DNA of 63,505 bases, counting the filler, from Thraustochytrium aureum (taxonomy: Eukaryota): the NCBI GenBank assembly GCA_012862495.1. It is 7 parts of 5 records of this genome, joined end to end, with 100 filler letters (N's around TTAATTAATTAA, not from the genome) between each part and the next. Parts side by side here need not be neighbours in the genome. Positions count along the whole stretch, not along the records: positions 24,892 to 44,107 come from BLSG01000182.1; positions 44,208 to 46,157 come from BLSG01000183.1; positions 46,258 to 57,872 come from BLSG01000183.1; 4 more parts are not named here. The stretch is one strand, 5' to 3'. The position numbers and the translations under genes are program-made. The notes beneath the pieces are model-generated. The model was not told the DNA's origin and ran no database searches. It saw nothing but the letters and a program-made list of their open reading frames with translations. Shown in pieces: positions 36,901-47,937 of the stretch; the first letter of the stretch is position 1, and every line of letters begins with the position of its first letter.

Positions 36901-37607
36901 TCTCCGAGGAGGCCCGCCCTGCGACAGACTTCGCTGCACACTACAGACTTGCCCGTCCCGGCGCCACCAGTCAAGACCATGACGCGAGAGCTGCCGGGGC
37001 TGTCGACCCAGGACTGGAAGGCGTCGAACAACCATGCCCGCGTCCCTGGAACAAAGTCACGCACAGCCCACGTGGGTGTGGCAGTGGGGTCAAAGCCGAC
37101 GAAGAATGCCCGGAATCCCGAAGGAGGGCCAGCGTTGTCTGCCGCGGCCTTGATTGAAACTGCAAGTCTGGCGATGGACGACCGAACCGCATCTGGGCCT
37201 TGGGTTGGTGGCATTGGCAGGTAAAGCTTGTCCTCGGTGTAGGCGCCGAGTTCGCTCGTCCAAGAGCTTGGGTTTTGCATCTCTGCATCAAACGCCACCG
37301 GGATAATCCTCTTGGTACCGGACTTGTGAGCGAAGCGAAACTCAATCTGGCAGTTGTTCTGCGAGCTGCTGTTCACCTTGTCGCGGTATGCAGCCGTCAC
37401 GAAGCACACGAAGACCTTCGAGGCGTCAATGCCTTTGGACATGGCCGTGACAACGCCAACGCCAACTTCCATGCCCGTGGAGTCGTGCCAAACGACAAGG
37501 CCATGCTCTTTCTCGAGCGTCTCTTTGATGTGGAGTACGCGTTCATACACTCCGTCCTCCCAAGCATAAGATAGGAATGCGTCGTACGTGTATCCGTCGT
37601 TCGCCAT
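33925..37607 (-). CDS. TIR-NACHT(STAND NTPase)-WD40 NLR-like protein (about 1,225 aa after correcting two single-base indels)
   Basis: TIR: YDAFLSYAW, VWHD, GIDASKVFVCFVTAAY, NCQIEFRFA. NACHT: GTRAWLF, Walker A GGAGTGKS, Walker B VLVLDAVDEC, HKSMADWL. Multiple GH...WD repeats. Indels near 35399 and 34329; ends AVGDSAGVVHVLEI. Confidence 0.92.
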
Positions 37608-37706
37608 TGCCTTCGCTGTCCTGTGAAAGCTCGTGTCGTTGTCCGCGTCCAGAGCGAGCGCAGGGTTGACGAGGCTCTTCGTCCTTCCCGTCGTCGGCAG
37701 CCCCTC

Positions 37707-37754
37707 CGTCGGCCAAGTCTTCGCTCGTCTCGTCGGCCAAGTCTTCGCTCGTCT
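37707..37754 (+). repeat. Perfect 24-bp tandem duplication just upstream of the TIR start
   Basis: CGTCGGCCAAGTCTTCGCTCGTCT x2. Confidence 0.9.
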
Positions 37755-40700
37755 GCAAAGTGATTGAGGACTGGATGGACTCGGAGTGGCGTGCACGCGG
37801 TAGCCTTGCGCCCCCAACCTCAGATCAGCAGCGTTGCGCTGCTTCACAGATCACGCGCGGGGTGGCTCGCTGCTGGTGAGAGGAAAACGAGCCAATGCAG
37901 AAGGCTTTAAAAAATTGTTGGGGCCCTCACAGATGCGTTCTGCGTACTCACGCATACATGCACTGCCCAAGAGGGCGATGTAAGAAGCCAGCGCAGCCAG
38001 CAGAAAAGCTTCAGAGGAAAATCTGCTCGTCACGATGATGATAGCCGCTTTGTTTGCGAGCCCCACCTCCTCCATCACCTGGTCAGCGTGCGGTTGGACC
38101 CAACACGACTTTCTGATGACTCCTATGGACGACCTTGGTCCTTTCGTCATCTGATGAGCAACAGCTCGTCGTTTGGATCAGTCCTGACCGCGTTGCGCTT
38201 GCGTCGCAACGAGCGGCAGCTCTTCAGCACAGTTCAGAGTCTGCCTGCATGTAAAGGAAGCTAGTTGTACCCCGTACTGTACTTGAAGGAATAATTACTC
38301 TGCCTTTCTCTACAGACTGGAGCATGCATTTCAACGGAGCGCCGTGAGGTGACAAACTGGCAATGCAAAGAGCACCAATGGGTGATGCCAAGCTCGATTC
38401 GAACAAAAAGCCTATCACGGGTATACCCGCCATCCTCGTTTAGACGGATTCCGAGCCCTCGAGCCAATCTGCCCTTTGCGCGTCGCTCAGGTGGGCACGC
38501 CCACGCTCATTCCGTTGCCCTGCGGGCCCCGGCGACGTGGAGTCCAGCGCAAGTACTCGAGACACAGCGTGACGAGCACNNNNNNNNNNNNNNNNNNNNN
38601 NNNNNNNNNNNNNNNNNNNNNNNNNNNNNNNNNNNNNNNNNNNNNNNNNNNNNNNNNNNNNNNNNNNNNNNNNNNNNNNNNNNNNNNNNNNNNNNNNNNN
38701 NNNNNNNNNNNNNNNNNNNNNNNNNNNNNNNNNNNNNNNNNNNNNNNNNNNNNNNNNNNNNNNNNNNNNNNNNNNNNNNNNNNNNNNNNNNNNNNNNNNN
38801 NNNNNNNNNNNNNNNNNNNNNNNNNNNNNNNNNNNNNNNNNNNNNNNNNNNNGGACTTTGCCGCCCGGTTCCAACGGGCGATGGAAAGACCTTGCTTCGC
38901 ACGGTTTGCGACCCACAGGACACCGTGGATTCGCGCTGTGGCGTGCAGGCTTGGCGTTGCTTCGTACCCGTTTTCGTCGGCCAGGAACACTGGCATTCGA
39001 GCGACAAACGCTTCGCTGCCCGTCAGCTTCGCCCAGGCGTAGAGGGGAAGCTGCGTCATGGCGTTCTTGAACTCTGGAGTCCACCGGGGGGCAGCGCAGG
39101 CTGTGCCTTGCCTTCCAGATGCGCAGGGGGTTTTGTTGCGAAAATGTAAAAGGTCGAACCTCCCGCTTGGACGACGACGGCCTTCCACTCCCCCGAACTC
39201 GCATCCAGGAGCGGCAGAAACTTCGCCCTGCCCTTCCCGTTGAGCCCCCGCGGCCCCCAGGGCGCCGTGGTCACAGCCCCAGCCCCGTGGCGCCAGACTT
39301 CTTGCGGCAGCGTCACGACTCTTTCAGTGCTCGACGTCTGGTCCACAAGCGCACCGCACCGCTCCTGGGGGCAGCGGCGCCGCCAAGGAACGAGTCTTCG
39401 GCGGGGATCGACCCGCCAAGCAGCAGCAGCAGCAGCCCATCGCGTCGAGCCTCCCAACCTGATGAACGGCGCCGCATTCACTTCCAAACCGACTCTACTT
39501 GACGCTCTGGCACGGGTTTGTAACGAGCAAGTGCCCAAGAGTCCAGCGAGTCTGACAGAACATGGGCGGCAGAGGCCGCACGCAACCTGAGTCCCGCGCG
39601 AGCTTCCGGATGGGAGGCTTCAGCCAGCGACTGATGGTCCTGTCATCTCTTCGTGCCTTGCCCGCGCGGCCAGCCAGGTTTGTGCGTTGCGGCAATTCGT
39701 GCAGTGGGGAAAACAAGGAGGTTGCAGCCCACGTGTCGCCGTCTGGCCGAGGCCGAGGCGATCCAGGCCGCTGGGGGCTGGTGGCTTGCAAGCGGCCGCG
39801 CGTTTCCTGCGTCTGCATAGCCCTTTGGATCGAAGAAGAGCGCGCGGCAGGGCGACAAAGTGCCGCCAGCACGAGACGCGTCAACGAAGCTCTTGCCTCA
39901 CCGGTAGTTAGTTACTCGATCGAGAGTACTCAGCATCGCCTTGCGGCTCGAGCGCCTGCGAGCGGATTCGATCGCCGCCTTCGCTTCAAAAGCAGAGCGG
40001 CGTGCGTCGCGCGCACAGGGAGTAGAGTGCCTCTGGAGGCGTCTGTTTGGCCTTGCCAGAACCCTCACAAGATCAATCACTTTGCAACCCAACGACGACA
40101 GGCGCCCGAAGAAGAAGCGCGACAAGGAGAAGAAGCGCGACAAGGAGGATCGATCCGGGCTCCTGCGCCAACAAGGAGGATCCTCCTTGCCTGCACGGAC
40201 TGCGCAAGGCCGGCTGAAAGCAACCTGAAGCAGCGTGCCCGCATTCATTCACACCAAAAAACCTCTGACGCACCGCACCACCCACTCAGAAATAGGCTAG
40301 CTTGAGGATTGACGGTTTGTTTGGCGCATGCGCGTCAGGACGCCAACGGAGCAGGACGCGAGCGGAGCGGGCTGCGCGGCTCGCTGATTTCGTTCGATAA
40401 ACAGCAAGAAAGCAGTTATAGCTCGAGGTTAGCATCGAGGCACTCGAACAGCACGGCCAGTCGCTGCCGCACTCTCGCGGGCAGGCTGGCAGGGCGGGCC
40501 GCAGCACCTGCAACTCGTGCACTTGCCGTTCTTTCGCACCGAGCTGAACGCTCAACGCGGCGGCACTGACCACCCCGAACTGACTACGGACGGCAGGCAA
40601 GTGCGAGGCGAGGGTCTTCGAGGCATTTGGCCACCTGCCGGGATTGTGCCCCGCCCGCGAGGCCTCGGGGAGAAGGGAAGGGCTCTCGAGCGCAGTGCAG

Positions 40701-40765
40701 TGCCCCAACGCAACGTGCGTGCGGCAAACGAGCAAGCGGCTTGGACTGCGACAGGCTAGCCAGCA

Positions 40766-41947
40766 ATGGCGTCCTCGCCGTGGGTTGAACAGGCGGCCCG
40801 GTCGCGCGCAGTCAAGGCAGGCGTCGTCGTTGGCGGGGCCGCAGCGCTTTGGTGGGCACTTCGGAGCAAGGAGACGGGCGGCGCAGAGTACGACGCCGAG
40901 GACACGGAAAACGTGGCGTCGCGCGCCAACGCCGATGGGGCCCAAGCCCTCCGGCCGACGTCAAGCAAGCCAAACGCACAACGCGGATCAGCGGCTTGCG
41001 ATGCCGCGCGCCAACCCATCGCAACGAGTCAAACGGCCGACCCGTCGCGGGCAGCGCTCGCCCAGGTCAGCTCCAAAAATGCGCCGCAGGCCGCGAACCC
41101 GGACGCGGCTGTAGACGACATGTGGCCCATCGAGGCCGCCGAATTGCAAGCCTTGGCAGCCTCCGCAAAGGGCATCGACGGCGCGGAAGAAACAGGACAT
41201 GTCGCAGGACGCGCCGAGGAAGAAGGATTGAACGAGGACGACTACGAGGACGACTTGTTTGCATTTCACCAAGCTCGCGGAGCTGATATGGATACCAACA
41301 GCGTGGTTGGCGACCCAGACGACACAGAGAATACGCCATCTGCGCGGCGCGAGCAGGCGATGCGCGACGTGTCGAGCACCGCGCTCCGGCTCGGACGCAT
41401 CCTGGAAGGCCACGTGGGCCACACGGTGGACTTTGGGCGCGCAATGCGCATGGCGCATGTAGCGGCCATGGCCCGGGTGGCTTGCCAGAGCACTGCAGGT
41501 TGCCTGGAAGAGATCTCGGGCCCAACGCTAGGAACGGTGGGTCTCGGCGGCGCCATCGACGTGATCGCACGGCTCCGAAAGCGGGCCGCCACAGAACCTA
41601 AAGCGCGCGACGCCGTCAACGCGGCCACACGCGTGGTTCGGGACAAGCTTGCGCCGGTCGTCGTTCGGCGTATCCGGCGCCGACGCGCCGGGAAACCCAC
41701 CCGCGCGGACGCGCTGAGCGAGCTTCTGGACGCGCTCGAGAGCGGCGACAGGGCGCTGAAGGGCGGCGAGCTTGTCGATGCAGCGTGCCGGGGGCTGCAG
41801 GACTTGATCGGCCTCGGCTACGACGCTGCAGGGGCCTGCTTGCAAGGCGGCGCTGTCCTTCTGGCGACTGACGTCGAGGTGGCCGAGTCGCTCGCGTCTG
41901 AGGCACGCGATGTTGTTCCGCGGGACTCTGCTGATACTGGTCCTCTC
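40766..41947 (+). CDS. N-terminally anchored membrane protein, hypothetical (weak PEX3-like layout); 3' end in or after the gap
   Basis: Basic residues then TM (RSRAVKAGVVVGGAAALWWAL), an acidic disordered linker and a helical C-terminal region. Confidence 0.6.
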
Positions 41948-42207
41948 NNNNNNNNNNNNNNNNNNNNNNNNNNNNNNNNNNNNNNNNNNNNNNNNNNNNN
42001 NNNNNNNNNNNNNNNNNNNNNNNNNNNNNNNNNNNNNNNNNNNNNNNNNNNNNNNNNNNNNNNNNNNNNNNNNNNNNNNNNNNNNNNNNNNNNNNNNNNN
42101 NNNNNTGCGCGCTTTGTGCTAACAGCCCAAGCCCCTGGGCGCGGCCCGCGAGCGCCGCTGCTGGTGGCCCGCCGACCCTGACGCTGGCACACGACGACCT
42201 CTAGAGT

Positions 42208-43276
42208 TTAAGCTTGCGCGCCCCCTCGCGCGCGCGGTGCGGTGCGGTGTAAGACCAGGAGGCTGATCTGCTGGTCGGACGCCACCACGAGCCGCCGTAG
42301 CGCGTCAGCGTCGTGGCTCAAAAGCAAAGAATTGACGTCTAAAGACTCTACGCTGACAAAACCGGCTGCTGCCGCTTTGGCCATCATCAGCTCCTCTGCC
42401 GCTGCCTTGGGCAAGAAGAGCCTGTTTTGACAGTTGCAAACGACGGCCGTGCCCGCGTCTGGATCGAGCGCCTCATATGCGGTGCGGAACAGCGGCTCGA
42501 TCACGTCGACGTCGTACACGCAGTCCGAGGCGACAACGAGCTGGAAGGCGCCTTGCATGGCATCCTGAAGCGGCTCGCCCCACGCCAGCAGGCTTGTCGA
42601 GACCGTGTCTTCGAGCCCGTTCAACGCAGCGCTGTCTTGTAGAAGCGCTTGCACCGTGGGCTCGTTGTCAGAGAGGACGACGTGCTTGAAACCGATAGCG
42701 GCGAGAGCCAGGCCTTCGGCAGCAGAGAGCAGCCGCACCTGGCGTCAGCGCGCTCGTTCCACGTTTCGCAGCGTGGCGTCCTGGTGCAACAAACTTACCG
42801 ACTGCGCCGGTCCCGCTGCCGAGCTCCAGGGCGCGCATCTCCTTTCTTGCCCCGTCGGGGCCAAAGCGCTCGCCCACGTATCGAGCAAGCACGCGCGCGC
42901 TGAGCCATACCCGGTGCCCGGTGAGGTCCTGGCTCCTCGAGGCAGCGGCTTGGTCTCCCCCGGCTTGGTCGCTTTGCCCGTCGAGGTCGTTGTCGCCCCC
43001 GCCAAAGCCAGCGAGCAAGAGGCCTTCGACGGGGCTTAGCTCGCGCACCGCTTTGACGCGGACCACCAGTCGGCCGCCCTCGGTGCACGCGCTGGCGGAG
43101 GCAGAGGCGGTCAACAAGCTTGCAGGGCCGACGTCGACGTTCACGATTGTGTGGCCCGCGATGGCGCCGAGATCAAAGTCGGCGTCCAGGTCCTCCTCCT
43201 CCTCGCTGCACTCCTCGCACTTCTCGGCAGGCTCTGGCGGCGCCAAGCCGTCGCGGTCCGCGGCAAAGGCCATCAT
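42208..43276 (-). CDS. Protein lysine methyltransferase, family 16 (METTL21/EEF2KMT-like), one intron
   Basis: DLTGHRVWLSARVL, ALELGSGTGAV|GLALAA, VVLSD, LAWG, VVASDCVYD. Intron 42714-42798. Confidence 0.88.
42714..42798 (-). other. Spliceosomal intron (85 nt, phase 1) in the methyltransferase gene
   Basis: GTAAGT donor, CTGAC branch point, AAG acceptor. Splicing restores GSGTGAVGLALAAIGFKHVVLSD. Confidence 0.85.
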
Positions 43277-43534
43277 TTTCGAGCACTGCCGAGCTCCGAC
43301 AAGGGCACTGCGCAGGCGGCAGAGAAAGCACCGCTTCAAGGTGGCGCGGTGCGGTGAAAACACGTGCCGATCGTCGACTGCGTGCGGCTTTGCGCTGCGG
43401 CTGGGTGCTTGGCGCGTTGGCTAAAGACAGGGCGACGGCGGGCGATGGATAAATCAAGGGTCGAGGCTTCGTTTGCAGCAACATAAGGAGCGAGGTGTGA
43501 GTGTGGACGGGCAGGAAGGCGATCCTGGACGCTT

Positions 43535-44107
43535 TCACCACCCCTGCTGGTCTTGGTGAGACTGTTCGGGGTTGGCGTTGGATTCGTCTACGTGGCCTTG
43601 CTGCGGAGCGAGCTGCGAGACGTGTGGGCCGGCTCGTCCACCCCTCTGTTGCTCCTGGTGTGCGAGCTGTTGCATGTGCTGGTGGCCGGTCGATTGCGAC
43701 TCCACCCCCTGGTGGTCATCTCGGCGCAAATCGTGACCGGCTTGGGACGGAAAGCCCGAGCCATGATGCACCCCACCATCCTGGTTGATGATCGGCGGAC
43801 CGGTCGCGCGGTGCACTCCCCGGCCAACGCCGAGGTCTAGGCGAATTTCATGGCTCGCGGGGGCGGCCGCAGAAGAGGCGTGCGTGGCGTCCGGCCCGCG
43901 CGCAAGCTTTGCTGCTTGCGGCGCGCTTGCGGACGCCTCGCCGAGCTCGCCGGACTCGGCGCCCTCTGCTGTGCGATCGCGCTTGGCCGGCGCGTACGAA
44001 GGTGTATACATGACCGAGTCGCGCAGCTTTTTGATGTGGTCCACATAGTCCTTGAGGAACTCGACGGCCTTGCGCGTTTTCGGTCGTGAGCGGCGACTTG
44101 CTGGACT
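43535..44107 (-). CDS. Hypothetical protein, C-terminal Gln/His-rich fragment cut by the scaffold end
   Basis: Open frame from the scaffold edge (…AVEFLKDYVDHIKKLRDSV…) to a stop at 43535; low-complexity Q/H tail. Confidence 0.5.
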   Translation of the reverse strand, partial: SPASRRSRPKTRKAVEFLKDYVDHIKKLRDSVMYTPSYAPAKRDRTAEGAESGELGEASASAPQAAKLARGPDATHASSAAAPASHEIRLDLGVGRGVHRATGPPIINQDGGVHHGSGFPSQAGHDLRRDDHQGVESQSTGHQHMQQLAHQEQQRGGRAGPHVSQLAPQQGHVDESNANPEQSHQDQQGW

Positions 44108-44207
44108 NNNNNNNNNNNNNNNNNNNNNNNNNNNNNNNNNNNNNNNNNNNNTTAATTAATTAANNNNNNNNNNNNNNNNNNNNNNNNNNNNNNNNNNNNN
44201 NNNNNNN

Positions 44208-46157
44208 GCCATCAAGGTCGAGCTCGGCAAGGACGTCGGGGTCGTCGACCTCTTCGGGCACCCCACCATCGAGGCTCTGGGAAAGCTTATCTCTGGCGAC
44301 AGTGACGACCTGGACGCGGCGGCCAAGGGGCTCGACCTGGAAGCCGAGGTGGAAATGTTTGACGCCTCCAAGGCGATCAACGACATCGCGATGCGTGCCT
44401 TCTGGCGGACCATGCACTTTTCGCAGGTCCGCGCGCGCTCTGTCCTCATCACTGGCGCCACCGGGTACCTCGGGAGCTACCTGCTGTTCGAGCTTCTGGC
44501 AAACCCGGACATCGACGTCGTTTACTGCATCGTTCGCGCCGGCGCGGAGGGAGCCGTCAGCGTGGGCGATCGCGTGCGCGCCGCCCTCGAGGAGAAGGGC
44601 CTCTGGCGCGAGCATTTTGCGTCTCGCATCCAGGCCTTTGCGGGTGACGCCTCGCTGCACCATCTGGGTCTCGACGACGACGACTACGCCGCGCTGTCCA
44701 CCGGCGTGGACCTCATCCTCCACTGTGCCGCACAAGTCAACTTGGTCTACCCGTACGCCGGCCTGCGGAGCGCCAACGTGCTCGGGACGCGAAACATGAT
44801 CGAGTTTGCGCTGATGGGCAAGGTCAAGCGATTCGGCTACATCTCGACCAACGGGATATTCCCGGACGGCCTCAAGGCAGCGCGCGAGGGGGCCGACGTG
44901 TCCGAGTTCCCGGCGCAACTCTCGAACGGGTACTCGCAGAGCAAATGGGTTGCCGAGGCGCTCGTACGTCGCGCTGCCGACCGCGGCCTCCCTGTCACTA
45001 TTTTTCGCCCTGGCAACATGGGCGGCGACCTCGGCCAGCGCGGGGGGGCGGGGGCCTGGAACAGCTCCGACCTCAACTTTCTCATGCTTACGGGCTGCAT
45101 CGACCTCGGTGCTGCCCCGCAGGTGGACGGCTGGCTCATGGAGATGACGCCCGTGGACGTGGCGGCGCACGCCATCGTGAAGGCGCTGCAGGACAATCGC
45201 TCGTTGGGCGAGACGTACCACGTGACGAACTGCGCCAACTGCCTCTCGGCGGACAAGTACTTTGAGTCGATCCGGAATGCGGGCTACCCCATGGAAAAGT
45301 GCAGCTGGGCGGAGTGGAAGGCGCGCCTCGACGCCTCGACGAGCCCTGGGCTGGCCAAGCTGCGGAACGCCTTGGTGAGCACGACCCCGGAGTCGCTCGC
45401 GGGCCTTTCAACATTCGACAACTCTGCGTTTGTGGAGCGCTGCGTCGAGTTTGGCATCGTGATGCCCGTGGTGACTTCAACTGTGATGCACGAGTATGTC
45501 GAGCGTTGGCAACAGAGCGGAATCATCGCGCCCCCGCAGGCGCTCGGCCGCCCGCTCCTTGGCAAGGTGGCTCTCGTCACGGGGGCCTCCTCTGGGATCG
45601 GGGCCTCCATCGCGCGCGCGCTCTCGCAGGCTGGCGCCTTGGTCGGCGTCGGCGGCCGCCGCTTGGACCGCCTCGAGGAACTGGCCGCGCAGACCACCGC
45701 CAAGACAGGCGGCAAGGTTGTGGCTGTCGCGGTTGACGTCACGGACCGCGACCAGGTGAAGGCCTTTGTTGCCAAGTGCGAGTCGGCGCTTGGGGCCCCC
45801 TGCGACATTTTCATCAGCAACGCCGGCGTCATGCAGTACACGATGATGAAGAACCTCAAGGAGGACCAGTGGGCCATGGAGGTGGATGTCAACTGCAAGG
45901 GCCTCCTTCACAGCATCGGCGCCGTTTTGCCGGGCATGCTGGCGCGCGGCCGCGGCCACCTCGTCGCGACCTCGAGCGACGCGGGCCGCAAGGTGTTCCC
46001 TGGCCTCTCCGTGTACAGCGCGACCAAGTTTTTTGTCGAGGCCGTCTGCCAGGGCTGCGCCTCGAGTCTGCTGACAAGGGCCTGCGCGTCACGACCATCC
46101 AGCCTGGGGACTGCAAGACGGAGCTCTCTGTCAAATGCGTCGACGAGGAGGCGCGCG
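44208..46157 (+). CDS. NRPS-like reductase fragment: carrier (T) domain end + thioester reductase + SDR (ATRR/glycine betaine reductase architecture)
   Basis: T-domain tail VVDLFGHPTIEALG. R1: VLITGATGYLGSYLL, HCAAQVN, ANVLGT, GYSQSKWVAE. R2 SDR: VALVTGASSGIG, SNAG, YSATKF. Indel near 46055. Both ends truncated by spacers. Confidence 0.9.
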
Positions 46158-47937
46158 NNNNNNNNNNNNNNNNNNNNNNNNNNNNNNNNNNNNNNNNNNN
46201 NTTAATTAATTAANNNNNNNNNNNNNNNNNNNNNNNNNNNNNNNNNNNNNNNNNNNNGTTGGCGAGCAGGCGCTGCACGGCGCTCAACTCCTTTCGGGAG
46301 CGTGCGGCCTGCCTGGCCCACTCACTCTTGCCTTGCCTCGTTGCCCGCATCCAAATGCTGATGCGGGACTGCTGAAGGGCGTGGGGCGGCTGGCAGCTGG
46401 TTTGTGCCTTCTCTTCGAGATAACCGTCACGGTCCGAACACAGGCGCTCTCGTCGCTCGCCGTGCGACAACCGCCTTGGTCCGTTGTTACCACGCCGACT
46501 GGCCACCCTCCTCATCATGGCTGGAAAACTACCGGTGGTACGTTCGCCAAATCATGCAACAACGATTTTGGGAACTGCGCTGTGCGCCCTCAAAAGGAAC
46601 CTTCGGCAGACATTGACTTCTCATGAATCTGTCAGAGTTTGCTCCACCGTGAGTTCTTGATGGAAGTGCTTCCGCGGTTCAAACAATCATAGTGCAGTTC
46701 GGGAATCGGTAATGCTAATCGAGCAGCTGCCTCGCAGCTGCCTCGCAGCTCCATGCCGAGCTGCGTTGTGGCCTTGGTCGCGACAAATGGATGGCTACCA
46801 AACACCCTGCGGCGTTCCCCGCTATCGGCTTACCCAGTGGCAGCCAACGCCAGCCATTTACCATTTTGATCGTCTCATTGGCCTGCAGACGGACGTCTCC
46901 CGGCGTCGACGTCTGAACCACCAGGCCGCCTGACAGTTTGTCGTTGCTCTACCGACTTGCAGGACTTTCTCGGCTCACGGCGGCACCTGCCTGATCTGCT
47001 GTCACCATCCGGTGTTCGTGTTNNNNNNNNNNNNNNNNNNNNNNNNNNNNNNNNNNNNNNNNNNNNNNNNNNNNNNNNNNNNNNNNNNNNNNNNNNNNNN
47101 NNNNNNNNNNNNNNNNNNNNNNNNNNNNNNNNNNNNNNNNNNNNNNNNNNNNNNNNNNNNNNNNNNNNNNNNNNNNNNNNNNNNNNNNNNNNNNNNNNNN
47201 NNNNNNNNNNNNNNNNNNNNNNNNNNNNNNNNNNNNNNNNNNNNNNNNNNNNNNNNNNNNNNNNNNNNNNNNNNNNNNNNNNNNNNNNNNNNNNNNNNNN
47301 NNNNNNNNNNNNNNNNNNNNNNNNNNNNNNNNNNNNNNNNNNNNNNNNNNNNNNNNNNNNNNNNNNNNNNNNNNNNNNNNNNNNNNNNNNNNNNNNNNNN
47401 NNNNNNNNNNNNNNNNNNNNNNNNNNNNNNNNNNNNNNNNNNNNNNNNNNNNNNNNNNNNNNNNNNNNNNNNNNNNNNNNNNNNNNNNNNNNNNNNNNNN
47501 NNNNNNNNNNNNNNNNNNNNNNNNNNNNNNNNNNNNNNNNNNNNNNNNNNNNNNNNNNNNNNNNNNNNNNNNNNNNNNNNNNNNNNNNNNNNNNNNNNNN
47601 NNNNNNNNNNCAGTACGGCCCATCCCATCTGAGTCTACAAATGCTCCCTCCACGCACTGCGCATTTTCGCCTTGCACGGGTCTTCATCCCTAGGGCCTAG
47701 ATTTGGTTGTTCCTTTTTTTGGCGCCTTGTCGCGATTGGTCTTAAGTGACGTGACAAGAGCCAAGTTTCAACTCTAGAGAAACCACCAATCTTCGGCTGA
47801 GCCATCAACCGTATGCCATGTACGGGCGGAGACCTGACTAGCGAAGCGAAAATTCTTTATTGACGGAACGATCGCGAGACTGGCGTTAGTAGTTGCGTGT
47901 TCCTTACCTGATCTTTATCTTTGCCTTCCAGCTAGAC

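Noticed and set aside
38113..38187. Hammerhead ribozyme or C/D-box snoRNA (two CTGATGA and a downstream CTGA)
   Set aside because: No correctly placed GAAA or stems for a hammerhead. The putative D' and C' boxes overlap, and I see no convincing terminal stem or rRNA guide. An Infernal/snoscan run would settle it.
37851..39200. Retroelement remnant (weak RNase H-like WVQPHAD…LANKAA)
   Set aside because: The resemblance is too weak, with no RT, integrase or terminal repeats visible.
1..46157. Choline-betaine cycle cluster (GMC choline dehydrogenase-like gene plus ATRR)
   Set aside because: The genes are on different scaffolds separated by artificial spacers, and the GMC substrate is unknown.
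46258..47022. Possible gene fragments at the scaffold start
   Set aside because: Only short ORFs with no recognisable motif, so a call cannot be supported.
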